DNA of 29,714 nt, from the IMG/VR virus record IMGVR_UViG_3300025653_000183, positions 1 to 29,714 of that record, one strand, 5' to 3'. Under the pieces are notes generated by a model that worked only from the letters and a program-made list of their open reading frames with translations, searched no databases and was not told the DNA's origin. Both the position numbers and the translations under genes were made by a program. Source of the DNA: a virus (Duplodnaviria; Caudoviricetes). Shown in pieces: positions 17,701-26,543 of the stretch (positions are counted from its first letter, which is position 1; each line of letters opens with the position of its first letter).

Positions 17701-20700
17701 TTCCTCTGTCAAGCAAAGTTACTTCGTCTTTTGTTAATCCATTTACACTATCTATTGCTGATCCTCTTGCAACATGCAGTGTAAATGTGTTGGCAGTTAC
17801 ACTGCCAACAAAATAAAATCCACCTGCGTTCAATCCTAAAGGAGGATCAGTTGCTGTTAATTTTACAGCATCGCCGCCTGTTAGTCCGTGTGCAGGTATA
17901 TAGAACGCATTTTTTTCTAAACTGATATTGTATACAAGTAATTGTGCCGGTGATCCATTATGAGGTGTACTACCTAGGTTTACAGGCAATCCATTTAATG
18001 CGTAATTATCAAATAATTGTACTTGATCAACATCTATTACTTTTATATAATAGCTTTTTAATGCATCTAGGCCTTGAATAATATTATTCGTATTAGGATC
18101 GTAAACAACGATATCTCCATCTGATAATCCGTGAGCACCGTTTGTATAAATTATATCATTTATTGTGTCGATGTTATCTCCGTTGAACCCTGGAACTAGC
18201 GGTTGCGCATCTGTTACAGTTTGTATACTTGTTACAATATCATCTACGATAAAATCTATATTGGTTGATGATGCATTAAATTCTAGGCCTGCACTCGTGT
18301 TTAATGTGATATAAAGTCTATCTTCTACAGTGGTAATGTCAATACTAAACTCTAATGCAGGATTAGCGCCTGTCTTAGGAATGAATGTTGCTCCAGGAAT
18401 TGTAGCCTCGCTTGCAAGCGTAGCAACAGTTAATGATTCTCCTACTGTATAGTTTATGCCACCTCTTTTTAAATCAAATGTAGTAATTTCGCCAGTTGAA
18501 TTTACTGTTATATCTGCAAGTGCTTCTGATCCAAGATTAGAACCAGTTGAACCACTTGAATATAAAATTTGTACATCGACATAGTCACCAGGTGTATATT
18601 CTCCGCCGCCTGGCAATCCATTAATAACATCAACTCCTGTTAAAACACCTTTGCGATATTCGTCAACATCCCCTATTGCACCACTAATTGCACCTTGGAT
18701 GGTTGTAGTGTTTGTAAAGTCATATGTTTCTCCTGCAAGTGTTACAAGGTATTGTTTAGCTCTACTTGTTGTTATAAAGTAGTTTTCTCTAATTTCACTT
18801 GGACCAGCAATAATAAGTGGGTAAACATTTGCTCCATTATCGTCTGTTAAAGCTCCATTTGGATCTTGTAGTATGTTTGCAGCCACATTAGCAGAGAAAG
18901 TGCCAAAAAATGGTTCAATTAATTTTATTTCTGTCGCCGACAGATAATTTTGTTTTACATAAGCACTTGCAATAACAATACCATTAGTGTCAACCTGCTC
19001 TAATAAATCTCCTTCGGTTAAAGCTATATTTCCGCTGACTGTTAGTGTTATTTCGTCGTATTCTTCAATTACAATGTCACCGGCTTTTAAATCGACTACT
19101 GGAATATCTTCATGAAGTAATAGCCTTCCTTTGTATGTTTCAACTATATATGCAGTGAAATTTCCAGTTGGAGGTATTAAATCAGAATTAATTTGCCCAC
19201 TGGAGTTAAGTTGTACAACAGAGCTAGGAATTGCATTTGTTGATACTTTTTTATCTATAAAATCGCCTAGCCTATTATTGAGGAATGTGTATATTGCTAA
19301 TTGTGTAATTAACCTGTTATTTGAAGGTCCGCCAACTTCGTTATCACCTAGTTCAATATCTCCAGAAATTGAGTTAACTACAATACCTGAACTTAAACTT
19401 AAAGCTAATGAATCAAGTTCTCCAATATTAACTTTGTTTTTGAAGTCGATATTACCAGTTCTATTGTAAGCTCTAACAAAGTTACCTACTTTGAAATCGC
19501 CAATTTCGTTTGTTCCTGAACTGTACACTCTACCTGGTGTGGTGCTTACTTGTTCAAAATATTCGTCTGTCAATCCTCCGTTTTGCGGTAAAGCATTATA
19601 ATCAATACCACTTCCTGCAAATTCCCATGTATGAGCCGATGAGTTACATATTGAAGGACGATGTAAATAAATTTGACTTGTGCCTAAGCTTAGTAACTTT
19701 GCAGGGTCTATACCAGCATTGAGAGTGGTTAATACTTTGAAATCTGATGTGAACAAATCATCTCTTGGTACAGCTGATAGTACTGGGATTTGAGCAGCAT
19801 TTGACCATATTGTATTCCCTGGTATAAGGGTTCCTGGATCTCCTATGTTTCTTACTTCAGTGGTTCCTTCGGTTGTTGTCTCTAATGAAACTGTAAGCGT
19901 TCTTGTTACAGGATCCCAACCAGCAATTCCAGTCTGAATTATATTTCCTGTGCTTTTAACACAGGTTATCTCGTTACCTAAAATTACATTATATTGTACT
20001 GTAGTAGGAACACCGTTTATATCAACTGTTTCTGGTAAAATCCAATCTTGGTATGTATTGTGTGTGGATACAACTTCTTCGATGAAGATGTACTCAAACC
20101 CAATTTTCCAATTTTGATATCCTTGGCATACACTTGCATCTAAATCTCTAACTGGTTTTAATCTTGTTTCGTCATGGAATAGTGCAATTGTTGTTGGACT
20201 CTGAACACTGACAAAATATTTGACTTCATGTAGTAGTCCTACTATTTCTGCATCGCTATTTGAATCATATTCTATGTAATCTCCATTTACAAATTCGTGC
20301 TTAGTTTGTAATTGGTGAGTTCCTGTTGAGGTTGCAGTTAAGATAATAAGAGACTTACCGCCATTTTGATCATATTGGAATAATCTAATTTGTAAATCGT
20401 CAACAACTTGAACGTAATAAGTGTCATTATCTGTAAGTCCGCCAATTTCGTTATTACCATTTGCTGAATATGTTACCGCATTATTTGTATGATATGGATG
20501 CGGAGTATCAAAAACTATACGGTCATTTGTTACATCAACACCTGTATCTCCGTCAAATTCAAACAATGGAAATGTAATTTCATTACCTACAACTGTTGTG
20601 GTATTAGGAATAAAGCCAATAGTTTTTTGATCTTCATTTTGGCCATTTAATGTAAAATCGTCAGTCACATCAAATTGACCATTATTGGTTTTCAATCGTA

Positions 20701-23700
20701 TAACGTAGTGCTCTAGCGCAGCTCTTTTTAACCCACAAACCCGAAATACTTGGAATCCTTCTATCGTGTAGTAGGTAAAAACAAACCCTCGATCATAGAT
20801 GAAACTGTTTTGACTATAACCAGTAGATCTAAGACTAAATAATCCAAAGTTTGAAGCAGAGTTTGTTATTGAAAGATAACCACCATTTTGTGTTAAACAT
20901 CCGTTTTCGCAAAATATTACGAAACAGCTAACAATTTGGGCATAAGCATCATTCATCACACGCCATGCATTTCCGCCAAATGATAAAATAGTATAAGCAT
21001 TTGCTACCATAGACTTACCTTGTTCAGGTATGCCATCAGTTAAGTCTACAGGATTTTCTGCTTCTATTGCGTTTGGTGGAATATTTGGAACATCAACTAA
21101 GTTACCGTCAATTTCTGCTCCGCCTGCTCCTAAGAAACTGATAATTGAACAATTTTGTATATAAGGTGATGTAAAAATAAGTGGTCTGCTTGCAGGTAAA
21201 TCTATGTATCCAGCTCGACTGGTTGCTGTATCTGCAGGATTATCAAAACTAACCCCGTATCTAAAAGTGTAATCAGGAACTCCATTACTGTCTACATGAT
21301 CCCTAAAAACTACTCCAGTAAAATAACAACCATTTCTTACCCTAAATAAATCTCTATTTGCATTTTTTGGTCTAATTATTGAACGCCTTAAATTGTCTCC
21401 TATAATACTAACGTTATCTGGTACAATTATTGGATTGTCTTCTACATAATCTCCTGTAGCAACCATAACTGTTACTGTTTTTGGTATAGCATTTCCAAAT
21501 GTTTTTGCTGGAGCAGTTGTTTTATCATCTAAAATAGATGCAATTAAATTCATGCTAGCTTCAATTGCAGTTGCATTTGTACCAGTAACATAAGTAAGAG
21601 CAAGATCTCTTGCATATTCTATTGCTGCAATAGTTTCTGCTTTTTGTGATAGGCCAATGTATAATGCATTATTTGCATCATAGTATGATTCACCAGCAGT
21701 AACAGATCTACTGTTACCACCATATCTTAAATCATATGTAACAGAGTCTACAATTTCCATAACATCTCTATGACATTTTATGGAATCATAAAAACCATTT
21801 GTTGAATTAATATGGTTGATTACATTATTTTTTATTATAGATTGATCTCTTTTAACTGTATGATATGTGTCTTTTCTTCTTATATCACTCCAGCCAAAGT
21901 TAGGCAAAAATGTTTTGTCTAAATTGTTTAAATTACCGTCGTTGATAACATCTATTATAAGTTGTATAAGATTTTTAGACTTTACTACTTCTGTAATAGT
22001 TCCAACACCTCCTGCAGTAATTTGACTTACAGGATTACCGTCAATGTCATTTAATGGACTTACAGCAGTTGTTACAGTAATTCCTGTTATTACAGATTCA
22101 ATCACTGATTGCATATGTTGGTAAGCTTCAACTGTTGCTGTGGTTTCTCCTGCTCCTAATTGTCCTTGAGTTCCTACAAAATAAGATTTAGCATTTGTTA
22201 TGCTGCCATAGTTTCCACCATATGTAATATCATGGCAAAGTCCGTCTATTATGTACCCAACATCTCTATTACATTTAGCAGCATCATAAACCAACGTAGG
22301 ATGGTTTACACCTATCCATGCAATGATTTCAGCCTTAATAAATTCTTTATTATTAATTAATTTGAATTTTGTTTCCTCGGCTGCAGGAGTTGGTGTCATC
22401 GGCGGTGCAACAAAAGATAAATTATTTGCTGCAGTTACACCATTTGTAAAGATATCAGAAATTTCATCAATACTGTCATGCAATTCGTTTAGTGATGTAT
22501 TCCAAAGATTGAGACTTGTAAGCTGAACTTTTAATTGATCTAGAGCTCCTAATGTCACTAGATTTTGTGTGCCAGTTACATAACTGCTATTTGCTCTTTG
22601 ATATGCAAGTCCTGCTGTAATTGCATTATAATTTGTGCCTAATAATTGATCTAACAAAATAGCATCAATTATTAAATCCATATCACGTCTACACTTGATT
22701 GTATCATAACCAAATGTAAATCCATAAGTATCAGCTATCCATTTAATTACAGCATCTGCTATATCTTTTTTGGCATTTCTTAGTATTCTTGTTTCATGTT
22801 CTACAAATTGATCTTTATTAACTGGTTCAAATACCATTCCTCCTGCTATTTGCAAACCTTTTTTAATAGTCCTTACAGGAGCAGTAATACCGTCATTGTC
22901 ATCGTCTCCGTATTCAGAGCTTACATAAACACGATTTCCGCCCCAGCGATCTGCGTGAGCCCATTCCAATTCTCCTGCGCCATTTGTTTGTAACAAAGAA
23001 TTTACTTCGCCGTCTATTTTTGGAAATTCTAAACCATTTAATTGGACACGATCGGTAACAAATAAATTTTGCCATTGTTTTGTTTTAGATCCGATATCAT
23101 AAGTATCATGTGTTTTAGGAATAAGATTTCCTGCGATGTTTGCGTAGAGAGCAAACGTATCAGATTCTGTATCGCCTATGGTAATGTCACCTGATAAATC
23201 TAACGATTGTTCTAATTGTAAATTTGTTACACTTAGGTTTGGAATATTAACCGTTAAATTTTCATCAAAATTTACTTCTGTATTAGATATCTCTAATCTA
23301 AGGACTCCGTCGGTGTAAAACAATAATTTATCATCGCCTGCTCCGGGTGTTGTTTCAGCCAAAACAAACGTTTCGCCATCTAAAGATCTTACACCTCCTA
23401 AGCTTGCCCATCCAGTACCGTTATATCCTTCAAAGACATCAAGATCTTCATTAAATCGTATCACACCTTTAGCATTAGGAGAACGTTGTAAAGTAGTACC
23501 AACTGGAACTCTAATACCGGTTACAGTATCTATGTTTAAATAACCTGCACCGGTTGGTTTTAAAACTATATCTCCATTAGGATTTATATTAGTAATTTGG
23601 TCTGCATCAATGCTTAAATTACCTAGGTTAACATCTGTAATATTTGCAAAAGTAAAATTTCCTTCCCCATCTGTTGTAAGATAAGTTCCTGCAACACCAT

Positions 23701-24067
23701 CTGCGATTTGTAAATCTGTAAGTGCTGATGGAATATTTGGTCTTTGTCCTACATCTGCCCAATCTATACTTTGGTTACCAAAGTAAAAACTTCCATTTCC
23801 GTTAGTCTTAAGTACCTGTCCTGCGTCACCGTCAAGTATACCTAAATCAATCAATCTGCTTGGAATAGGTGGAGGATCAGCTAAATCACTATAATTGCCG
23901 GTAAAGCTAGTTACAGGACCAGTTGGTAGTGTTATTGTTCCTGTTACTGTAATATTTTCAACTGAGCAAATATCTGATCCAGTTAAATCTAAACAGTCGT
24001 CTATTGGAAGTTCAATAATCCTATTATTATTTTCTGTGTCAACTACAAGGGGAAATCGTTTTGCCAT
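14705..24067 (-). CDS. Giant modular tail fibre/spike protein (3120 aa)
   Basis: N-terminal fibre repeats (DG..GQVL.T.G.G); pectin-lyase-like beta-helix (YVS..GDDDNDG..P.RTI / TVMVATGDYVE.NPI.VP..VSIIGD) interrupted by three helical KCxRD repeats; four H..GD.V....GL....Y.V beta repeats; C-terminal YADLAE...GVVSTNPA.LMN...ALKGRVP domain (peptidase G2/intramolecular chaperone-like). Confidence 0.85.
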   Translation of the reverse strand: MAKRFPLVVDTENNNRIIELPIDDCLDLTGSDICSVENITVTGTITLPTGPVTSFTGNYSDLADPPPIPSRLIDLGILDGDAGQVLKTNGNGSFYFGNQSIDWADVGQRPNIPSALTDLQIADGVAGTYLTTDGEGNFTFANITDVNLGNLSIDADQITNINPNGDIVLKPTGAGYLNIDTVTGIRVPVGTTLQRSPNAKGVIRFNEDLDVFEGYNGTGWASLGGVRSLDGETFVLAETTPGAGDDKLLFYTDGVLRLEISNTEVNFDENLTVNIPNLSVTNLQLEQSLDLSGDITIGDTESDTFALYANIAGNLIPKTHDTYDIGSKTKQWQNLFVTDRVQLNGLEFPKIDGEVNSLLQTNGAGELEWAHADRWGGNRVYVSSEYGDDDNDGITAPVRTIKKGLQIAGGMVFEPVNKDQFVEHETRILRNAKKDIADAVIKWIADTYGFTFGYDTIKCRRDMDLIIDAILLDQLLGTNYNAITAGLAYQRANSSYVTGTQNLVTLGALDQLKVQLTSLNLWNTSLNELHDSIDEISDIFTNGVTAANNLSFVAPPMTPTPAAEETKFKLINNKEFIKAEIIAWIGVNHPTLVYDAAKCNRDVGYIIDGLCHDITYGGNYGSITNAKSYFVGTQGQLGAGETTATVEAYQHMQSVIESVITGITVTTAVSPLNDIDGNPVSQITAGGVGTITEVVKSKNLIQLIIDVINDGNLNNLDKTFLPNFGWSDIRRKDTYHTVKRDQSIIKNNVINHINSTNGFYDSIKCHRDVMEIVDSVTYDLRYGGNSRSVTAGESYYDANNALYIGLSQKAETIAAIEYARDLALTYVTGTNATAIEASMNLIASILDDKTTAPAKTFGNAIPKTVTVMVATGDYVEDNPIIVPDNVSIIGDNLRRSIIRPKNANRDLFRVRNGCYFTGVVFRDHVDSNGVPDYTFRYGVSFDNPADTATSRAGYIDLPASRPLIFTSPYIQNCSIISFLGAGGAEIDGNLVDVPNIPPNAIEAENPVDLTDGIPEQGKSMVANAYTILSFGGNAWRVMNDAYAQIVSCFVIFCENGCLTQNGGYLSITNSASNFGLFSLRSTGYSQNSFIYDRGFVFTYYTIEGFQVFRVCGLKRAALEHYVIRLKTNNGQFDVTDDFTLNGQNEDQKTIGFIPNTTTVVGNEITFPLFEFDGDTGVDVTNDRIVFDTPHPYHTNNAVTYSANGNNEIGGLTDNDTYYVQVVDDLQIRLFQYDQNGGKSLIILTATSTGTHQLQTKHEFVNGDYIEYDSNSDAEIVGLLHEVKYFVSVQSPTTIALFHDETRLKPVRDLDASVCQGYQNWKIGFEYIFIEEVVSTHNTYQDWILPETVDINGVPTTVQYNVILGNEITCVKSTGNIIQTGIAGWDPVTRTLTVSLETTTEGTTEVRNIGDPGTLIPGNTIWSNAAQIPVLSAVPRDDLFTSDFKVLTTLNAGIDPAKLLSLGTSQIYLHRPSICNSSAHTWEFAGSGIDYNALPQNGGLTDEYFEQVSTTPGRVYSSGTNEIGDFKVGNFVRAYNRTGNIDFKNKVNIGELDSLALSLSSGIVVNSISGDIELGDNEVGGPSNNRLITQLAIYTFLNNRLGDFIDKKVSTNAIPSSVVQLNSSGQINSDLIPPTGNFTAYIVETYKGRLLLHEDIPVVDLKAGDIVIEEYDEITLTVSGNIALTEGDLLEQVDTNGIVIASAYVKQNYLSATEIKLIEPFFGTFSANVAANILQDPNGALTDDNGANVYPLIIAGPSEIRENYFITTSRAKQYLVTLAGETYDFTNTTTIQGAISGAIGDVDEYRKGVLTGVDVINGLPGGGEYTPGDYVDVQILYSSGSTGSNLGSEALADITVNSTGEITTFDLKRGGINYTVGESLTVATLASEATIPGATFIPKTGANPALEFSIDITTVEDRLYITLNTSAGLEFNASSTNIDFIVDDIVTSIQTVTDAQPLVPGFNGDNIDTINDIIYTNGAHGLSDGDIVVYDPNTNNIIQGLDALKSYYIKVIDVDQVQLFDNYALNGLPVNLGSTPHNGSPAQLLVYNISLEKNAFYIPAHGLTGGDAVKLTATDPPLGLNAGGFYFVGSVTANTFTLHVARGSAIDSVNGLTKDEVTLLDRGTGTSTLRVQTVIITGDANTSGQLETSWSNLTSTTIDADNIISGIINTARLGTGSANTETFLRGDNSWQYAVTGISNSTLNDPITMSGPNWNNGTTDIYYGNIDIQVERTGYLNPANPLTNEATVGVAGFAVEHFKVTNGIVEARNTTENGEIDALTLGGQNSDYYRNPVNLSRTVPIEKGGTNLATYTKGDILYAGTDLPTGNAYSSTMSTLPIGTEHDVMVVSGSSTPVWTSNLILNGATIDAIQIGVTGANIIDTVSAALPADPWDLILDSQSGTTKVDDDLIVTGNLTVSGTTTTINSTAITIDDPIFTLGGDTAPTADDNKDRGIEFRWHDGISAKIGFFGFDDSTGYLTFIPEATNNAEVFSGTQGDIQASNFRGALIGNADTTTKWQTARTITFENSADLLTRTGVTGSFTIDGTADISNVVLTIVPEVLQDMVGDMVAGVNADQNGIAVTYDDTNGKLDFDVNDFTITLAGDLSGSVTITDLASGTLTATVVPNSVALDTDTTGNFVSFISIAPQQDSDGQGGFIATDGLGIEYNNVINVTAAIDGAEYYITNVGTTTQWNLFDAAGDQSPYNVNDTIVIANGPPTGDGQVRRVEGENTTVTLRHADTSTQASSNNANNTVIQSISLDTFGHITSIGTKTIDTYSGFNIFSDSNTEQTVLETHKLKLVSGTNVAITQTTPVAGTTQFSFASTDTYVSSVDFATATGILTLTRNDGTTATKDLDGRYLTSYTETDTLSTVVGRGSSTTSSISTGGLEVAASSGPYVIIKNTVSNTTTGGALQFKKLNSVGAYSTVSQIISNVSDRTNGAVESTLQFKTLTANTEQLGMEIDGIAVLPSANNSGTLGTGSRKWNTVYSTTFSGTATQAQYADLAEMYTADKHYTPGTVMMFGGDKEVTAAKGLATTKVIGVVSTNPAYLMNSELENGTAIALKGRVPCLVVGKVEKGDMLIASDIAGVAIATQEFIGGAIIGKAIEASNDAEIKVIEIAVGVL

Positions 24068-24093
24068 ATTTTAAAATCCTAAATTACTTTTTG

Positions 24094-24101
24094 TATTTAT
24101 C
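24094..24101 (-). promoter_or_regulatory. Late promoter motif GATAAATA
   Basis: In the 41-bp gap ahead of the 3120-aa gene, followed by AGGA SD. Confidence 0.6.
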
Positions 24102-24108
24102 CTTGTTC

Positions 24109-24363
24109 TCATTCTGGTTTTGTTGGCCATTCTATACTATCTGGAAAGTCAGGTTGTGAGGGGATGTCTCTAAGAGCTTGCCTGTATTGTTTCCATTCAT
24201 CCGGTACTGCCTCTCCTGATTCTAAAGATTTTGTTACAATCCAATCAGTTTCTGCTAATAATTGATTCCGTTCATCTTTGAATGTTTGTTTTAGCTGCTC
24301 GTTAGTATCTATAGGTGCTATATCTGGTATTTCAATAATACCCTTTGATGTGTGTACTTGCAT
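24109..24363 (-). CDS. Tail fibre assembly chaperone
   Basis: ERNQLLAETDW...W.QYRQALRDIP.Q..FP..I.WP..P motif. Start moved to ATG 24363 (AAGGA SD, just after the upstream stop). Confidence 0.88.
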   Translation of the reverse strand: MQVHTSKGIIEIPDIAPIDTNEQLKQTFKDERNQLLAETDWIVTKSLESGEAVPDEWKQYRQALRDIPSQPDFPDSIEWPTKPE

Positions 24364-24371
24364 TTTTTTCC

Positions 24372-26543
24372 TTATTTTTTTCTTCCATATAATCGCAAAA
24401 CTCCAGAAATCCATCTGGTTGCATATAATATAAATCCTGTAGGGACTTGTTTGGTTACAATTTTGTTTGCTTGAAACATATCTACTGCTGTATAATTCCT
24501 TAGGTACCTAAAAGAGTAGGGCCCTGTGGGTATCTGAATATTATTGTAAGTATAAGTTGAAAATGTTAGAAAACTTTCACCGCCTATGATGGTTGCACCA
24601 TTATTATCGACATCGGCTACTATTCCTGGATACCATTTTGCAAATCCTTGCAATTTACGTTCTCGAGCATCGGTTGGTGCGACCTGCCACCAATATTCGT
24701 ATGCAGAATGCAAACCGTGTATTTGGTACGAATTTAAAAGTATAGAGCTAGATGAATTATTCAGACCTGAAAAAGATCTACTTGCTGCATTGTTTGAGGT
24801 CGTTGTATATTCTTTATAAAAAGAACTAGTTAAGTAAGCTGGTGAATTAATTGTTCCTATGAAAGGCCTTATGTATAAATATGGTCCTTCTGCAATATTT
24901 TCATTATAACCAGTAAGGTTCATTTCAAAATTTGAAAGTTCAAATACAAAATTAATTTCAGAGTAATTTAGAACATCAGCAGCATTTTCAAATGTTACAC
25001 CCGGTCCTGTAGCCTCTACAAATGAAACTTCATCTATTAAATCCCAATTTCCTTTTGCCGGTGCGCCTCCAGGAACATTCCACTGATTATTGGCCCAGAT
25101 ATGAAAACTATTTGTGTCAGTTGTAAAAGCAGTATCTCCTGGTTCATTACCGATTACAGGTAAGTAATTTGAATCATATAAAACTCTTGTTCCTGCCACA
25201 GTTGCTGTGGCAGTAGATGTAGTAGTTGTTCCTGCAGTTCCTGCAACTTCTTTAATCTTATTTTTTAAGCTAGGAGTCCTTTCTACATAAGTTGCTAAAT
25301 CTTGTGGTACAAATTTATTGTTCGCTTGATCATAAACCAAACACATTTGATCTACGAGAGCAGGTATTGGTCTAAGTTCAATTGGTGTGAAATGACTTTC
25401 TTGGCTATGTTGACCGTATATAATATAGTTTCCATTTTCGTTTGTCTCAACTTCAAGATCTTTTAACCTTATTTCTCCTCGCATGCTTTGATGATTACCA
25501 CACTGATAGTACAGTGTATCTGGTGCGTCCATCGGCACAACTACAGTAACTGTCCCTACATCAGTCCTAGATCCAGTTACTCCAGTTGTGTATTCGCCTA
25601 TGTATTCTCCTGACGCAAATACTGTTTCCTCTGTAGTAAGGTAAAAAGGATGACCTGCAGCATTGACATTGATTATATAAGTTCCTCCTCTATACCAAGG
25701 ACCTATAGTTGGATTGAACCCATGCGAAGTTCCTGTTACAGCAGGGTTTGCCGGGTCTGGCATAAACATCCAATTTAATGAACCGTCGTTCATCATTGCT
25801 TGCACATAATAGTTAACAGTTGGAAGATTTAAAGTTGGTACTGTAATTTCTGCAGGCACTGTAAATTGTAGTACAGTGATTGTATGACTATTTCCGCTAT
25901 CTATATCTGGATGGCTTTTTGATAATTCTGCATAATTTACCCAATCTACGAGATTATCATCACCTGCACCTTCTACCCATTTTAATTTAAAGCTATGAGT
26001 TTGTGTCATATCACCGTGTATGCTGCTTGCAAAGTTATTAATTTGGTATTGCCCTTGCATATATAAAGGTACGATTGTTTCTGGACTATTTGTAATTACC
26101 GTCCTTGTATAAGGCAGACTGCTAGTTGTCCATGTCCAAAGCCATGCTGTGCCGTGACCTGCAGTAGGCTCATCTAATTGTATTTCTAAAATTTCAGGAC
26201 TAATATTTAGATCAAAATCTAGTATTTTATTTGCGCTTAGTGTTTTATCACCTAAGAAAATAGTTTCTGCTGCTACATATAATGAATTCCATTTTTTATC
26301 AGGTGAACCTAGATTATAAGTTTCGTCTAGCTCTGGAATCAATCCTTCGCTTGTAAAACTTGCAATTTTAGTTTCATTTACATTTATGTCTACAGTTGAT
26401 TCTGTGCCAACAACACCAGTGTCAGATCCATGTTGTACATACAGTTCGTCAAAGTTTTCATTAATCTTTTGGAATGCAGTCCTTAACGGATCACCGTCGC
26501 CTTTATTCTCGCTACTTCCTATATTTACGGATTGTTTTGCCAT
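24372..26543 (-). CDS. Tail/baseplate fibre protein with gp9/gp10-like N-terminus and cupredoxin-like domain
   Basis: VNIGSSENKGDGDPLRTAFQKINENFDELY N-terminus; GHPFYL...APDTLYYQCGNHQSMRGEI internal domain. Directly followed by the fibre chaperone gene. Confidence 0.8.
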   Translation of the reverse strand: MAKQSVNIGSSENKGDGDPLRTAFQKINENFDELYVQHGSDTGVVGTESTVDINVNETKIASFTSEGLIPELDETYNLGSPDKKWNSLYVAAETIFLGDKTLSANKILDFDLNISPEILEIQLDEPTAGHGTAWLWTWTTSSLPYTRTVITNSPETIVPLYMQGQYQINNFASSIHGDMTQTHSFKLKWVEGAGDDNLVDWVNYAELSKSHPDIDSGNSHTITVLQFTVPAEITVPTLNLPTVNYYVQAMMNDGSLNWMFMPDPANPAVTGTSHGFNPTIGPWYRGGTYIINVNAAGHPFYLTTEETVFASGEYIGEYTTGVTGSRTDVGTVTVVVPMDAPDTLYYQCGNHQSMRGEIRLKDLEVETNENGNYIIYGQHSQESHFTPIELRPIPALVDQMCLVYDQANNKFVPQDLATYVERTPSLKNKIKEVAGTAGTTTTSTATATVAGTRVLYDSNYLPVIGNEPGDTAFTTDTNSFHIWANNQWNVPGGAPAKGNWDLIDEVSFVEATGPGVTFENAADVLNYSEINFVFELSNFEMNLTGYNENIAEGPYLYIRPFIGTINSPAYLTSSFYKEYTTTSNNAASRSFSGLNNSSSSILLNSYQIHGLHSAYEYWWQVAPTDARERKLQGFAKWYPGIVADVDNNGATIIGGESFLTFSTYTYNNIQIPTGPYSFRYLRNYTAVDMFQANKIVTKQVPTGFILYATRWISGVLRLYGRKK

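Noticed and set aside
21520-22800. Cyanophage assignment based on the phycobiliprotein-like repeats
   Set aside because: There are no photosynthesis genes in the window, and the ferredoxin is 7Fe FdxA rather than plant-type PetF. The host remains unproven.
24364-24414. Longer N-termini given for the ORFs at 24414 and 10941
   Set aside because: They overlap upstream genes. ATG 24363 (with SD) and ATG 10884 (TAATG coupling) fit better.
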